This document shows positions 1 to 9,675 of a stretch of 64,000 nt of DNA, in pieces (the stretch's first letter is position 1; every line of letters starts with the position of its first letter). The translations under genes and the position numbers were made by a program. The notes below the pieces were generated by a model. It saw nothing but the letters and a program-made list of their open reading frames with translations. It was not told where the DNA came from and did not search any database. The stretch is from the NCBI RefSeq assembly GCF_011045215.1, contig NZ_CP049201.1; one strand, 5' to 3'. The stretch comes from Escherichia coli (lineage in GTDB: Bacteria; Pseudomonadota; Gammaproteobacteria; Enterobacterales; Enterobacteriaceae).

Positions 1-209
1 TGAACAGGCTGATGGCATGGTTATCATCAAAACCAAGCTGATGGGTGAGATAGAGAATGAGTAAGGCACGCATGCCGTAAAAACTGAAGTACTCCCAGAT
101 TTGGATCGCCACGATATAGTATATCGCGCGCGGCTGTGAGGGTGTTTTCATGTGTTCTCCTTATGAGCAAAAAAGGGAAGTGGCAAGCCACTTCCCTTGT
201 ACGAGCTAA

Positions 210-2357
210 TTATTTTTTGCTTTCTTCTTTCAATACCTTAACGGTATAGCGGCCATCAGCCTGACGGTATGCACCGTGAATATCGGTTTCAAAGCCCGGA
301 TAGTGAGCGCCGATTTCACACAGCATCTGCAGGAACTCCAGAACCGGACGGCTTTCTTCGGTGATCATTTCACCCGGCATTACCAGAGGAACTCCCGGCG
401 GATATGGAAGGATCATATTGGCGTTAATACGACCTACCATTTCGTCGAGGTAAACTTCTTCGATCATACCGTGCAGCTCTTTCTGGAACGCAGCATACGG
501 AGTCATTACCATTGTCGGCAGCACTTCAAATGCGCGATACATCAGATCCGGCAGATTGTGGTGAACAATCCGTTTGTGGATATTCTGAGCCAGTTCCTGA
601 ATACGCATGTTTTCATAGAATTCAGGATCTTCACGATACAGAGACGGCAGCATGTTTTTCACACGCAGGTTCAGGTCGAACGCACGTTTGAAGTCAGTCA
701 GAGCACGCAGCAGGCTCAGTGCTTTGGTCTTATCGATACCGATGCTGAACAGGAACAGCAGGTTATACGGACCGGTTTTCTCAACAACGATGCCATGTTC
801 GTCGAGGTATTTCGCCACGATGCTGGCCGGAATACCAAAGTCGCTCATGGTGCCGTCTTTTTCCATCCCCGGAGTCAGCAGGGTGACTTTGATCGGGTCA
901 AGATACATGTGCTCGTTATCGATGTTTTTGAAGCCGTGCCAGGTGCTGTCAGAACGCAGCGGCCAGCATTCAGTCGTATCGATATGATCCGGCTGCCAAA
1001 CATCAAAGAACCAGCCATCAGATTCCGTTCTCAGACGTTTGATCTCTTTACGGAATTTGATCGCACGTTCAATGGAACCGTTGATCAGACGCTTACCAGC
1101 ATTACCTTTCATCATCGCCGCAGCGGTTTCAGTGGACGCCACGATACCGTAGTGTGGAGAAGTGGTGGTGTGCATCATGTAGGCTTCGTTAAAGGTTTCT
1201 TCGTTTACGTCACCTTTAACGTGGATCATGGAAGCCTGAGAGAACGCCGCCAGCAGTTTGTGAGTAGACTGGGTTTCGTAAATCACTTTCCCTTCTACAC
1301 GGCCACCGCTCATACCGCATTTACCTTCGTAAATCGGTGAGAAGTTGGTGTAAGGCACCCACGCGGAGTCAAAGTGGATGGATTTCACATCCAGTGTTTT
1401 CTTGATGAAGTCGGTGTTGTACAGCAGACCATCATAGGTAGAGTTAGTAATTACAGCATGTACCGGCCAGGTTGCGTTTGGTGTTTCCTTCACGCGCTTA
1501 GCAATGGTAGCGTGCTGGAATTCACTCTGTGGGATACCACCAAGAATACCGTAAGCGTTACGGGTCGGGCGGAAATAGATTGGCGTAACATCGCTCATCA
1601 TCATCAGGTGGGTCAGCGATTTGTGGCAGTTACGGTCAATCAGAATGGTGCTGCCTGCTGGAGCAGAGTACATACCAACAATTTTGTTCGCAGTGGAAGT
1701 ACCGTTGGTCACCATGTAGCTGCGGTCTGCGTTAAAGACGCGAGCGATATACTGTTCTGCTTCTTTGTGTGGACCACTGTGATCCAGCAGAGAACCCAGT
1801 TCAGATACTGAAATGGAAATATCAGATTTCATGGTATTCGGACCAAAGAAATCATAGAACAGGCTACCTACCGGGCTTTTCTGGAATGCAGTACCGCCCA
1901 TGTGACCAGGAGTACAGAAAGTATATTTACCTTCACGAACATATTTAAACAGTGCTTTAGTCAGCGGAGGCAGAATAGTGTTGATATATTCGTCAGTGGT
2001 CTGCTTGATCTTGTTAGCAATATCTTCAGCAGCACCTAGCGCATATTCAAAGAAGCTAATCTGTAAACGCAGGTCATTCAGGCTTACATCGAGAGTGGAA
2101 TACGTATTAGCGAACGCGTACAACGGCAGGTTCTCGTTCATTTTGCTAATTTCTTCGCACAGCTCGAGATTATATTTATCCCAGTCAAAAATAACGCCGC
2201 ACAGACGCGCATTGTTTTCGATCAGTTTTAATAAGTCGTCACGGTCGTTCGGGTAAACAATCTGGAAGTTCAGACGTTCAAGCGCGCGATGAAGTTCACG
2301 GATGGGTTCTTCTTTAAAATAAACCCCCATGTGATTCAATATTGCAATAACGTTCAT
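210..2357 (-). CDS. cadA: inducible lysine decarboxylase CadA (PLP-dependent)
   Basis: 715-aa ORF whose N-terminus MNVIAILNHMGVYFKEEPIRELHRALERLNF and overall sequence I recognise as E. coli CadA. GGAG sits 8 nt upstream of the ATG at 2357; the ORF-track start at 2396 is an upstream in-frame ATG adding 13 aa. Confidence 0.93.
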   Translation of the reverse strand: MNVIAILNHMGVYFKEEPIRELHRALERLNFQIVYPNDRDDLLKLIENNARLCGVIFDWDKYNLELCEEISKMNENLPLYAFANTYSTLDVSLNDLRLQISFFEYALGAAEDIANKIKQTTDEYINTILPPLTKALFKYVREGKYTFCTPGHMGGTAFQKSPVGSLFYDFFGPNTMKSDISISVSELGSLLDHSGPHKEAEQYIARVFNADRSYMVTNGTSTANKIVGMYSAPAGSTILIDRNCHKSLTHLMMMSDVTPIYFRPTRNAYGILGGIPQSEFQHATIAKRVKETPNATWPVHAVITNSTYDGLLYNTDFIKKTLDVKSIHFDSAWVPYTNFSPIYEGKCGMSGGRVEGKVIYETQSTHKLLAAFSQASMIHVKGDVNEETFNEAYMMHTTTSPHYGIVASTETAAAMMKGNAGKRLINGSIERAIKFRKEIKRLRTESDGWFFDVWQPDHIDTTECWPLRSDSTWHGFKNIDNEHMYLDPIKVTLLTPGMEKDGTMSDFGIPASIVAKYLDEHGIVVEKTGPYNLLFLFSIGIDKTKALSLLRALTDFKRAFDLNLRVKNMLPSLYREDPEFYENMRIQELAQNIHKRIVHHNLPDLMYRAFEVLPTMVMTPYAAFQKELHGMIEEVYLDEMVGRINANMILPYPPGVPLVMPGEMITEESRPVLEFLQMLCEIGAHYPGFETDIHGAYRQADGRYTVKVLKEESKK

Positions 2358-2436
2358 AGTCATATCTCCAGGTAAAAAAGGCCCCTCCCAACACATGGGA
2401 CAAAATGAAAGGAGGAGCCTCGGAAAATACTTTTAA

Positions 2437-3771
2437 TTAATGTGCGTTAGACGCTGTTTGGTTATCCATTGAGTGGCTCTGGCGCTCGTGCATTTTGCGA
2501 GCGTAGAACATCAGGATAATCAGGCTGACGATGAAGGTACCTGCCAGCTCGAAGGAGCTTGCGCCCATCAGCGCGATGAAGCAGAACACGCAACCCAGTA
2601 CAGAGCAGATCAGGCTGACAAAGTTGCGGATGTTAACGCCTTCAAAACGAATCAGGTCAACGCAAGAGTAGAAGTACGGCAGCATAGTCAGCAGTACTGC
2701 GATACCGGTCAGTTCACCGAACAGGTCAGATGCTTTACCACCGGCAGAGTTCATCAGAGTGATGAGGATCATCAGGGCAGTCATTTTCACTGCAGCCAGC
2801 AGCAGACCTTTTTTCGGAATACCGTTGCTGTCGACTTCACCATAAACTTTCGGGAAGTTACCGTCGTTAGCGGCACGTACACCTGCCTGGCCTACCAACA
2901 TCATCCAGGAGCCCAGAGAAGTCAGGCACGCAAAGGCGGTGAATGCAGAAACCAGCGGCGCAGCCCAGTTACCGAGGATAGTTGAAGCACTGATTGCAAA
3001 CGGAGCACCGGAAGCCGCCATTACAGAAGACGGATACATACCGGAAAGCACCTGAGTCGCAGCGATGTAAACAATACCTGCTAAACCAGTACCCAGCATG
3101 GTTGCCAGCGGAACGGTACGTTTCGGGTTTTTAACCATACCAGTACTTACAGCTGCGGATTCAACACCCACGAAGGCCCACAGGCAGAGCAGAATACTTT
3201 TAATGATCGCATGACCATCAGTGGTATCCGCAGTATTCCAGTTAGCTGCATAAGTTGCCGCATCAAACCAATGCCAGCCAACAATAGCAGTCATCACCAC
3301 AGGAATAAGAACCAGCACCAGACCAATAGTGGTTAAACGGCTTACCCAGGTACCGCCGAGCATATTTACAAAGGTAAATACCCAGACGATAGCAATACAG
3401 GCGATACCCGCCGGAACAGGATCATTTAATACTGGGAAGAAGGTGGAAAGATAAGATACAGCGGTAATACCAATCGCCAGGTTACCAATCCAGTTAGCAT
3501 GGTAATAAAGAACACCTGTCTGAAAACCAAATGCAGGGGAAATTTCTCCGGCATAAGCAATTGGGCCACCTTGTTGCGGGTTTTTTGTTGCCAGTCGGGC
3601 ATATACATACGCCAGCGACATTGCACCAATAATAGAGATAATCCAACCCCAGATAGCAATACCACCGATACTTGCTAGGTTCGCAGGTAATAATGCAATA
3701 CCGCTCCCCATCATATTACCGGCAACAACACCGGTACAGGCAAATAGCCCGATCTTCTTGGCAGAACTCAT
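2437..3771 (-). CDS. cadB: lysine/cadaverine antiporter CadB
   Basis: 444-aa polytopic membrane protein (MSSAKKIGLFACTGVVAGNMMGSGIALLPANLA...), APC-family permease, directly upstream of cadA in the canonical cadBA arrangement. AGGAG RBS before the ATG. Confidence 0.93.
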   Translation of the reverse strand: MSSAKKIGLFACTGVVAGNMMGSGIALLPANLASIGGIAIWGWIISIIGAMSLAYVYARLATKNPQQGGPIAYAGEISPAFGFQTGVLYYHANWIGNLAIGITAVSYLSTFFPVLNDPVPAGIACIAIVWVFTFVNMLGGTWVSRLTTIGLVLVLIPVVMTAIVGWHWFDAATYAANWNTADTTDGHAIIKSILLCLWAFVGVESAAVSTGMVKNPKRTVPLATMLGTGLAGIVYIAATQVLSGMYPSSVMAASGAPFAISASTILGNWAAPLVSAFTAFACLTSLGSWMMLVGQAGVRAANDGNFPKVYGEVDSNGIPKKGLLLAAVKMTALMILITLMNSAGGKASDLFGELTGIAVLLTMLPYFYSCVDLIRFEGVNIRNFVSLICSVLGCVFCFIALMGASSFELAGTFIVSLIILMFYARKMHERQSHSMDNQTASNAH

Positions 3772-4136
3772 GCTCTTCTCCTAATTTCATTTTTGAATTT
3801 GGAGTCCGGGTCATGATGTATAACTATTTCCTGACCAGACCAAACTGGCGATAAGATTACTCACGAAAAAAGGATTAATCCTAAAGATTAGGTGAAATAA
3901 CACAAAAGTTTCTGTAAGTGAGAACTTGAGGTTTTTTATTAACACATCAGGATCGCAAGTTGATATCATGAAAAGATAAACATTCAATGTTTACAATGGA
4001 TTGCGTGACATTGTCTGGTTAAATTTATGTAATAAAAATTATGCGGCAAATAAATTGCCGCAACATATTATACCAACAGGAACATACAAAAACTCAACAA
4101 CAAATATTCCCTGGCATGAATCAACCCGGGAGTTAC
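3772..4136 (-). promoter_or_regulatory. cadBA promoter/operator region (expected CadC-binding sites)
   Basis: 365-bp AT-rich intergenic region between cadC and cadB. From established knowledge this interval carries Pcad and the CadC target sites; individual sites were not mapped here. Confidence 0.45.
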
Positions 4137-5675
4137 TTATTCTGAAGCGAGAAATTTGTCGAGATAAGGTACAACATAAGGAACAGAAGTCTGGAATATA
4201 CCATTTTCAATCCAGTAAAGGGTGTTTGCCCCTGGGCGTAAATTAAAGGCGGTGAGATATGCATCAGCTGCTTCCCGATTCATCCCCTTCATTTCATAAA
4301 CCTTGCCAAGCAATACATAATTTAGCCAGGACATTTCAAGATCAATGCCAGTATTTATCGCCTGGTAAGACTCATCTGTTTTACCTTTTACCAGAGCACT
4401 GACCGCTTTTATTTGATATATAATGGACAGGTTATTCAATTCCGGTAGTGTAACAATGTTATCTATTTCTGTGTTCAGTGCTGCTAATTGTTTTTCATCT
4501 AAAGGATGTTGAGAATGGCGCACGATATCAACTAATGCTTTTTCTGCTCTCGCGTAGGTAAATTCTGGAGATGATTGAACAATCTCACCTAATAATTCAC
4601 TGGCACGGTTCAATGATTTATCATCGCCATGCAGTAAATAATCATGTGCCTGATAAAAATTAGTTAATAACGCACCACGATGAGGCAAAATTTGCTGGAG
4701 CGTCTCCTGCATTCGTTGTGGCCACGGTTGGTTTAACGCTTTTGATAAACTCTCCAGTAAATCATTTTGAATCGCCAGCTGATTACCGTTAGTGATGACA
4801 TAACGTTTATCCAGCATGGTTGAACCATCTGCATTGTCTACCAATTTTATCGACATAAAGCATTGTTGAGCACGGTATTGGCGCTGATTAACAAACGCAA
4901 TAGATAATGTTTTACCGGAACTGCTCGGTTCATCAATGTTGTAGTTGATTTTGTCATGCACCATAAAGGTGGAGAAGGTGTTAAGTGATGTCGCCACCAA
5001 ATCACCCACGCCTATCGCGTAAGAGAGCTGATACGGGGAACTCCAGCTGTTACAACTTTTATTTACCATATTAATGTCAATATCGCGTGGATTGAGCAAA
5101 ATACGCGATTTGCTCATCGGAAGACGTGTATCAAGACTTGAAAACGCTACCAGTGCTACACAGATACCTAAGGACAACAGGAAAAAAAACCATACCCAAA
5201 AGGTAGTGAATCGTTTGCTTTTAACTGGGGATTGTTCAGGTGGCGTTGCGGTGTTTTGAATGTTAAGGCTGTGGGAGGGAGAATCTGTGGCAGGAACCGC
5301 CTCTGGTATAGGGGGAGGCGAAGATAGCATTATTTCCTCTCCCTCTTCTTCGCTGTACCAGATAACCGGCACCATTAATTTATAGCCGCGCTTTGGTACA
5401 GTAGCGATATAGACAGGACTATCTTCATCATTATCTTTTAATGACTTACGTAGTTCTGAGATACTCTGCGTCACAACGTGATTGGTGACAATACTTCTCT
5501 TCCAGACATTATCGATAAGTTCATCCCTGCTAAGTACTTCGCCACTGTGTTGAGCAAAGAAAACCAGAAGATCGATTAATCTCGGCTCAAGGGTAAGTTG
5601 ACGCCCATTGCGGCTAATTTGGTTTATGGACGGAGTAACAAGCCATTCGCCAACGCGAACTACAGGTTGTTGCAT
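4137..5675 (-). CDS. cadC: ToxR-like membrane-integrated transcriptional activator CadC
   Basis: 512-aa ORF with an N-terminal winged-helix DNA-binding region (MQQPVVRVGEWLVTPSINQISRNGRQLTLEPRLIDLL), a central TM segment (FWVWFFFLLSLGICVALVAF) and a periplasmic sensor domain; matches E. coli CadC. Confidence 0.93.
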   Translation of the reverse strand: MQQPVVRVGEWLVTPSINQISRNGRQLTLEPRLIDLLVFFAQHSGEVLSRDELIDNVWKRSIVTNHVVTQSISELRKSLKDNDEDSPVYIATVPKRGYKLMVPVIWYSEEEGEEIMLSSPPPIPEAVPATDSPSHSLNIQNTATPPEQSPVKSKRFTTFWVWFFFLLSLGICVALVAFSSLDTRLPMSKSRILLNPRDIDINMVNKSCNSWSSPYQLSYAIGVGDLVATSLNTFSTFMVHDKINYNIDEPSSSGKTLSIAFVNQRQYRAQQCFMSIKLVDNADGSTMLDKRYVITNGNQLAIQNDLLESLSKALNQPWPQRMQETLQQILPHRGALLTNFYQAHDYLLHGDDKSLNRASELLGEIVQSSPEFTYARAEKALVDIVRHSQHPLDEKQLAALNTEIDNIVTLPELNNLSIIYQIKAVSALVKGKTDESYQAINTGIDLEMSWLNYVLLGKVYEMKGMNREAADAYLTAFNLRPGANTLYWIENGIFQTSVPYVVPYLDKFLASE

Positions 5676-6254
5676 AATAGAAACTCATTCGAAAAGGGAA
5701 TGATGCAATGATAATTGCCACAACCTATTTTTACCATCTATAGATGGGTTTATTTACATATTATTGGTGAATGCAAGACGTTATTTTTACCAGCCATAAA
5801 CTTCTTGATTACATGGTATTAAGAAAGGATTTTACTGAGAACCAGAAGTAATATTCCTTACCATCAAAATTCATCATCTTTGCCAAAGAAAAATGTTCAG
5901 AAAATAATCCATGGAAAATTGTCCGGAGCGCTTACTATTTTAATGGATTGTTAGTCTTTGCATGAGCAAGCGGACTGATACATTTCTCTTTGTTCTCATT
6001 CAGAAAATCTCATCAGTCGCCGTTCAGACCGGTGTTGTGCTTTATGGATGCGTTACGCTCCTGATGACGTCATTTGACGTTCAACAGCATCACGGGGTCG
6101 CACGACATTTCACGTCAGTTAGTGCTATAGCTCAGGAACAAATTTTCCCGAATTGGGATATGCCCGCAAATTGCTGGTGATGTGGGGAGAATCTGGTTGA
6201 GTTCGGTAGAATTGATTTGGCGGCAGAACGCTTAAATCGTGGCGTCCTGAAACG

Positions 6255-6282
6255 AAAAACGGACCTCCGTGGAGGTCCGTTT
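6255..6282 (-). terminator. GC-rich hairpin immediately 3' of the tRNA-Phe remnant (likely pheU terminator)
   Basis: Perfect inverted repeat aaaaacGGACCTCCgtGGAGGTCCgttt; T/A runs on both sides so it could act bidirectionally. Confidence 0.6.
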
Positions 6283-6291
6283 ATATGAATT

Positions 6292-6340
6292 TGGTGCCCG
6301 GACTCGGAATCGAACCAAGGACACGGGGATTTTCAATCCC
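6292..6340 (-). repeat. pheU: 3' 49-nt fragment of tRNA-Phe (pheU-type); candidate attachment-site direct repeat at the island junction
   Basis: The reverse complement of TGGTGCCCGGACTCGGAATCGAACCAAGGACACGGGGATTTTCAATCCC equals the 3' 49 nt of E. coli tRNA-Phe including CCA. Identity stops abruptly at 6341 (the tRNA would continue CTGCTCT; the window has ATGGCAA). Not a functional tRNA. Confidence 0.8.
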
Positions 6341-6439
6341 ATGGCAATGAGCTTCTGATAATTAAGAGTTCGTCAAGTAGTTAAAAGAGTTTTTTCATGT
6401 GCATCCAGTCTCAACTTATAAATGAGAAGGATGTGCGTA

Positions 6440-7315
6440 ATGAACATTCTGCCCGTTGTGTCCACCAAAGGTGGCGAAGGAAAATCAACCCAGTCTGCTA
6501 ACCTTGCCGGTTTTCTGGCGGATGCCGGCCTCCGTACCCTGCTGATAGACGGAGACCATGCCCAGCCCACGGCAAGCAATATCTTTCCGCTGACGTATGA
6601 AGCGCCGGCCGGTCTTTTTGAATTACTGATGCGCACGGCTGACCTCAGTCATCCCGACAACATCATTTCCCGCACGGCTATCGACGGCCTTGACCTGATA
6701 GTCTCCAATGACCCCCATGAACAACTGAAAACGGCCATGCTTCATGCGCCGGATGGTCGTCTCCGTCTGCGTAATGTGCTCCAGCATCCGCTTTTCCAGA
6801 GCTATGACGTCATTGTGGTGGATTCACAGGGCGCGCGTTCCGTCATGCTGGAAATGATTGTGCTGTCTGCCACGGAGTCTGTGGTGGGGATGGTGAATCC
6901 GGTTCTGCCGGATGTGCGTGAGTTCATTCGCGGCACAGTCAATGTCATGGAAAACCTGTTGCCCTACCGTGAACTGGGTATCCCCCTGCCGAAAGTCCGC
7001 ACCCTGGTTAACTGCATGGATTATACGGCGCTGGCCAGACAAACACTGGCGGAGCTGACCGACATTATTAACTCCGGTCGCTACAGCAAAGTGCTTCCGG
7101 AAGGCGCGGTCACCCTGCTTTCAACACAGATTTATGACCTGAATATTTACAAACAGGGACACGCAGCCGGCCAGCCGGTGCACCGCCTTGAAAAAGCGTC
7201 TGCCCGTCGCAGTGATTCTGCGCTGGTCACCATGCACAGCCTGGCCTGTGAGTTGTTGCCGGAGTGGAGTGAGTTTTTTGATGTACTGCTGGAAAACGGA
7301 GGTGAAAGCCTGTGA
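6440..7315 (+). CDS. ParA/Soj-family partition ATPase
   Basis: Deviant Walker A KGGEGKST near the N-terminus (MNILPVVSTKGGEGKSTQSANLA), then LLIDGDHAQ. AAGGA RBS 9 nt before the ATG at 6440. First gene inside the island, as in soj-terminal ICEs. Confidence 0.85.
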   Translation: MNILPVVSTKGGEGKSTQSANLAGFLADAGLRTLLIDGDHAQPTASNIFPLTYEAPAGLFELLMRTADLSHPDNIISRTAIDGLDLIVSNDPHEQLKTAMLHAPDGRLRLRNVLQHPLFQSYDVIVVDSQGARSVMLEMIVLSATESVVGMVNPVLPDVREFIRGTVNVMENLLPYRELGIPLPKVRTLVNCMDYTALARQTLAELTDIINSGRYSKVLPEGAVTLLSTQIYDLNIYKQGHAAGQPVHRLEKASARRSDSALVTMHSLACELLPEWSEFFDVLLENGGESL

Positions 7316-7701
7316 ACAGAAAACTGATATGGCGTGCTGTGGCTTCAGCTTCAGTTTCCTGCCCCGGACACGATGAAGTGCATGTGTTTGTTGAGGCTGC
7401 AGATTACGAAGAAGCGAAAAAACATTTGTATGACCGTCTGGAGGAGGAATGGCAGCTTCCTGTGAGCCACATAACTTTCCACAACGTGTGGAATGAAAAC
7501 GAGCTATGTGAAATGTCTGCAGGTCCGAAGGTGCCTTCAGGCCTTCCCCTGCTTGAGTCGGGTGGGGGAAATGGTGAGGTCTTTTATGACCATAATCCGC
7601 TGCTCCTCATTGCTTCTCAGCGTCTCAGGGCTGTGATTGAAGGGGTGCTGAGTGTCCTGCCAGAGCGTGGTGAACAGGATGAGTGTGGTCGTGGAATTTA
7701 A
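7312..7701 (+). CDS. hypothetical protein (129 aa)
   Basis: ORF overlapping the parA stop (possible translational coupling). No recognisable motif. Confidence 0.4.
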   Translation: MNRKLIWRAVASASVSCPGHDEVHVFVEAADYEEAKKHLYDRLEEEWQLPVSHITFHNVWNENELCEMSAGPKVPSGLPLLESGGGNGEVFYDHNPLLLIASQRLRAVIEGVLSVLPERGEQDECGRGI

Positions 7702-7942
7702 GTCTCTGACAGGTCGCAGCCGGACAGTATGTGTCGGGTGTGGTTATTCCGGTGTTCGGTTTGGTGATGCTGCAGGCCAGGACACCCGGCAGTGGGTGAA
7801 GGTGAATCATGAGAGCGGGCTGGGGCTGTGCTCCGGCTGTGATGCCTTTCTTTTGCAGGAACGCCTGCGTCGTCAGCGGCATGACCCGCTTTTTTCATGT
7901 GGTGTTTCCGGCAAACATCGAAAAACAGAGGGGGCGATATGA
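7679..7942 (+). CDS. hypothetical small protein with two CxxC pairs (putative zinc ribbon)
   Basis: ORF with CVGC...CSGC spacing; start chosen at an internal ATG. Weak RBS, so low confidence. Confidence 0.25.
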   Translation: MSVVVEFKSLTGRSRTVCVGCGYSGVRFGDAAGQDTRQWVKVNHESGLGLCSGCDAFLLQERLRRQRHDPLFSCGVSGKHRKTEGAI

Positions 7943-8016
7943 CAGTTTTTGTAATGCATATCCCTGTCGGTACCGGGGACAGCGGACATGTGTGGTGTCC
8001 GCTGCATGCTGATGAA

Positions 8017-8445
8017 TCAGCCTTTACCCGTGAACGGGTCATCCAGCTTATCCAGACGTCTTTCTGCGTTGCGCAACACGTCCTGTGCTCCCGGGGTGGA
8101 TGCATATGCCTCCAGTTCAGCAGCAAGAGCCTGTTCCATTTCTGTTGCTGTCATGGCAGCAACATCGGCCGCAGAGCGGTTGTCGCGAATAATGAGGTAG
8201 CTGTGCAGGATATTAAGTGGTGCCACATTTTTATTGATGTTTTTCAGCCCCTGCTGAACCGCCAGCCAGTCGCCCAGCCACTGCAGGCGATACAGTTTGT
8301 GACGGTTGTAAGTTTCATTCGTTGTGTTACAGGCCATACGCCAGAACTCCTCAGACATGTTGATGAGCGTATTTTCACCTTCCGGCAGACTGAACGCAGC
8401 GAAGTCATCAATGCCGGACGGCAGTTGTTGATGATTTGTATTCAT
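8017..8445 (-). CDS. hypothetical protein (142 aa); first of three paralogous leaders MNT..QLPSGID
   Basis: AAGGA RBS 6-7 nt upstream. Its first 12 codons lie inside the repeated ~200-bp module. The overlapping plus-strand ORF 7897..8649 has no RBS and looks like an antisense artefact. Confidence 0.45.
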   Translation of the reverse strand: MNTNHQQLPSGIDDFAAFSLPEGENTLINMSEEFWRMACNTTNETYNRHKLYRLQWLGDWLAVQQGLKNINKNVAPLNILHSYLIIRDNRSAADVAAMTATEMEQALAAELEAYASTPGAQDVLRNAERRLDKLDDPFTGKG

Positions 8446-8649
8446 GTTTTTTCCTTACTAAGTCAGAGTGTTATGAATATAAAGATGCTGTCCGTACCTT
8501 CTGACCGGGGTCGCCAAACTTGCCGGTCTGAAAACGTACAGACAGTTACCGGGATTTTACTCCCGACAGCTGTACGTCCGGCACCCTTTTTTCTTTTTTT
8601 ACATAGTCCGGTTTCTGGCCCTGTGGGTCGGTATACCTGTTCCCGTTAA
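8446..8649. repeat. copy A of a ~200-bp repeated divergent-promoter module
   Basis: Near-identical to 9440-9660 and 10561-10750. Conserved core tgctgtccgtaccttctgaccgggg..ccggtctgaaaacgtacagacagttaccgggatttta.tcccgacagctgtacgtccggcaccc with internal inverted repeats (CTGTCCGTAC/GTACrGACAG; ACAGCTGT). Confidence 0.8.
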
Positions 8650-8667
8650 ATGAGAAGGAGTGGAATC

Positions 8668-9165
8668 ATGAACCGTAATCCGTCTGAAAATCTGTCTGAA
8701 AACGCGTCCCGCCAGTTCCTGTCCCTGGCCTCGCCAGCAGAGGCTGCATGCCATGCACTGCTTCGTTTCATTGAACGTGAGATTCTTGAGAAAAATGCGC
8801 CTGAAGAGCAGGTCCGGGAACGTTGCAGGGTATTCACCACACTGCTTAATGAGGGATTTACTGCCCTGTCTGATAAGGCTGGGCAGAATTTAGCTGACCT
8901 CCGGGAACAGTGCCGGCAACTGGAGCATCACATCACCAGACTTGGAGATGAATGCAACGATGTTAATCGCAGAAGCGCAGAGATTACCCGCAACATCAAT
9001 CGGGCTTTCGATATGAACATAGCGCTTGATATTGCCAGTCGGTCATATAATTCAACGCCTTCTGGCTCGTCCAGTACTCACTCCAGTAGTCCGTCAGAGC
9101 AAGAGATATCTCAGCAGGTGTCATCTGCTCAACCGTTGCCGGGAGCCAGTGATGCTGATGAATAA
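8668..9165 (+). CDS. hypothetical protein (165 aa), Ser-rich acidic C-terminus
   Basis: Strong RBS (gagaAGGAGtggaatcATG). Downstream of repeat copy A. Confidence 0.5.
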   Translation: MNRNPSENLSENASRQFLSLASPAEAACHALLRFIEREILEKNAPEEQVRERCRVFTTLLNEGFTALSDKAGQNLADLREQCRQLEHHITRLGDECNDVNRRSAEITRNINRAFDMNIALDIASRSYNSTPSGSSSTHSSSPSEQEISQQVSSAQPLPGASDADE

Positions 9166-9439
9166 GCGCAAACTTAACGGCTTCCGGAATGCTGATGAAG
9201 CCATCATCCCGGAAAAACCAGTGGCGGCTGTGAATCAGCCAGTGTCTGAGCCAGCAGAGTCGGTAGGCGAGCTTATGGTCTGCGCCGGGAAAGATTTCAG
9301 TTCCCTGGTCAAAGAAGGTTTTACAACGTTCCACATCGTCGGGGGCCATGCGTCCGGCTTTCCAGTCTTCAAAGTATTTTTCATTGCTGTCAGTGACATA
9401 AGGACAGTTGTTATCAATGCCGGACGGCAGTTGTTTTTC
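8996..9439 (-). pseudogene. paralog of the MNT..QLPSGID leader gene with ATG replaced by ATA at the conserved start
   Basis: Conserved RBS AAAGGAG is followed by ATAAATACAGAAAAACAACTGCCGTCCGGCATTGAT (INTEKQLPSGID) where copies A and C have ATG. The reading frame stays open to 8996; an internal ATG at 9349 may still give a 117-aa product. Confidence 0.3.
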
Positions 9440-9675
9440 TGTATTTATAAAAATTCTCCTTTAAAACAATCTGTTATGAGTATGCGAATGCTGTCCGTAC
9501 CTTCTGACCGGGGTTGCCAGACTTGCCGGTCTGAAAACGTACAGACAGTTACCGGGATTTTATTCCCGACAGCTGTACGTCCGGCACCCTTTTTCCTTTT
9601 TTTACACAGCCAGGTTTCCGGTTATCTGCGGGGAAGTGACGCACCTGGCGGGCTGAGAGATATGGAGGTGAAAGT
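9420..9675. repeat. copy B of the ~200-bp repeated divergent-promoter module
   Basis: Direct alignment with copies A and C (seen in sequence). Confidence 0.8.

Noticed and set aside
276-1811. Plus-strand ORFs of 354 and 145 aa inside cadA
   Set aside because: Antisense to cadA, whose identity is unambiguous.
6292-6367. Full-length tRNA-Phe gene
   Set aside because: Only the 3' 49 nt match tRNA-Phe; the 5' half, including the anticodon arm beyond the loop, is replaced by island sequence.
7897-8649. 250-aa plus-strand ORF
   Set aside because: Lies antisense to the RBS-supported minus-strand gene 8017..8445 and runs through the repeated promoter module; no RBS and Cys/His-rich low-complexity translation.
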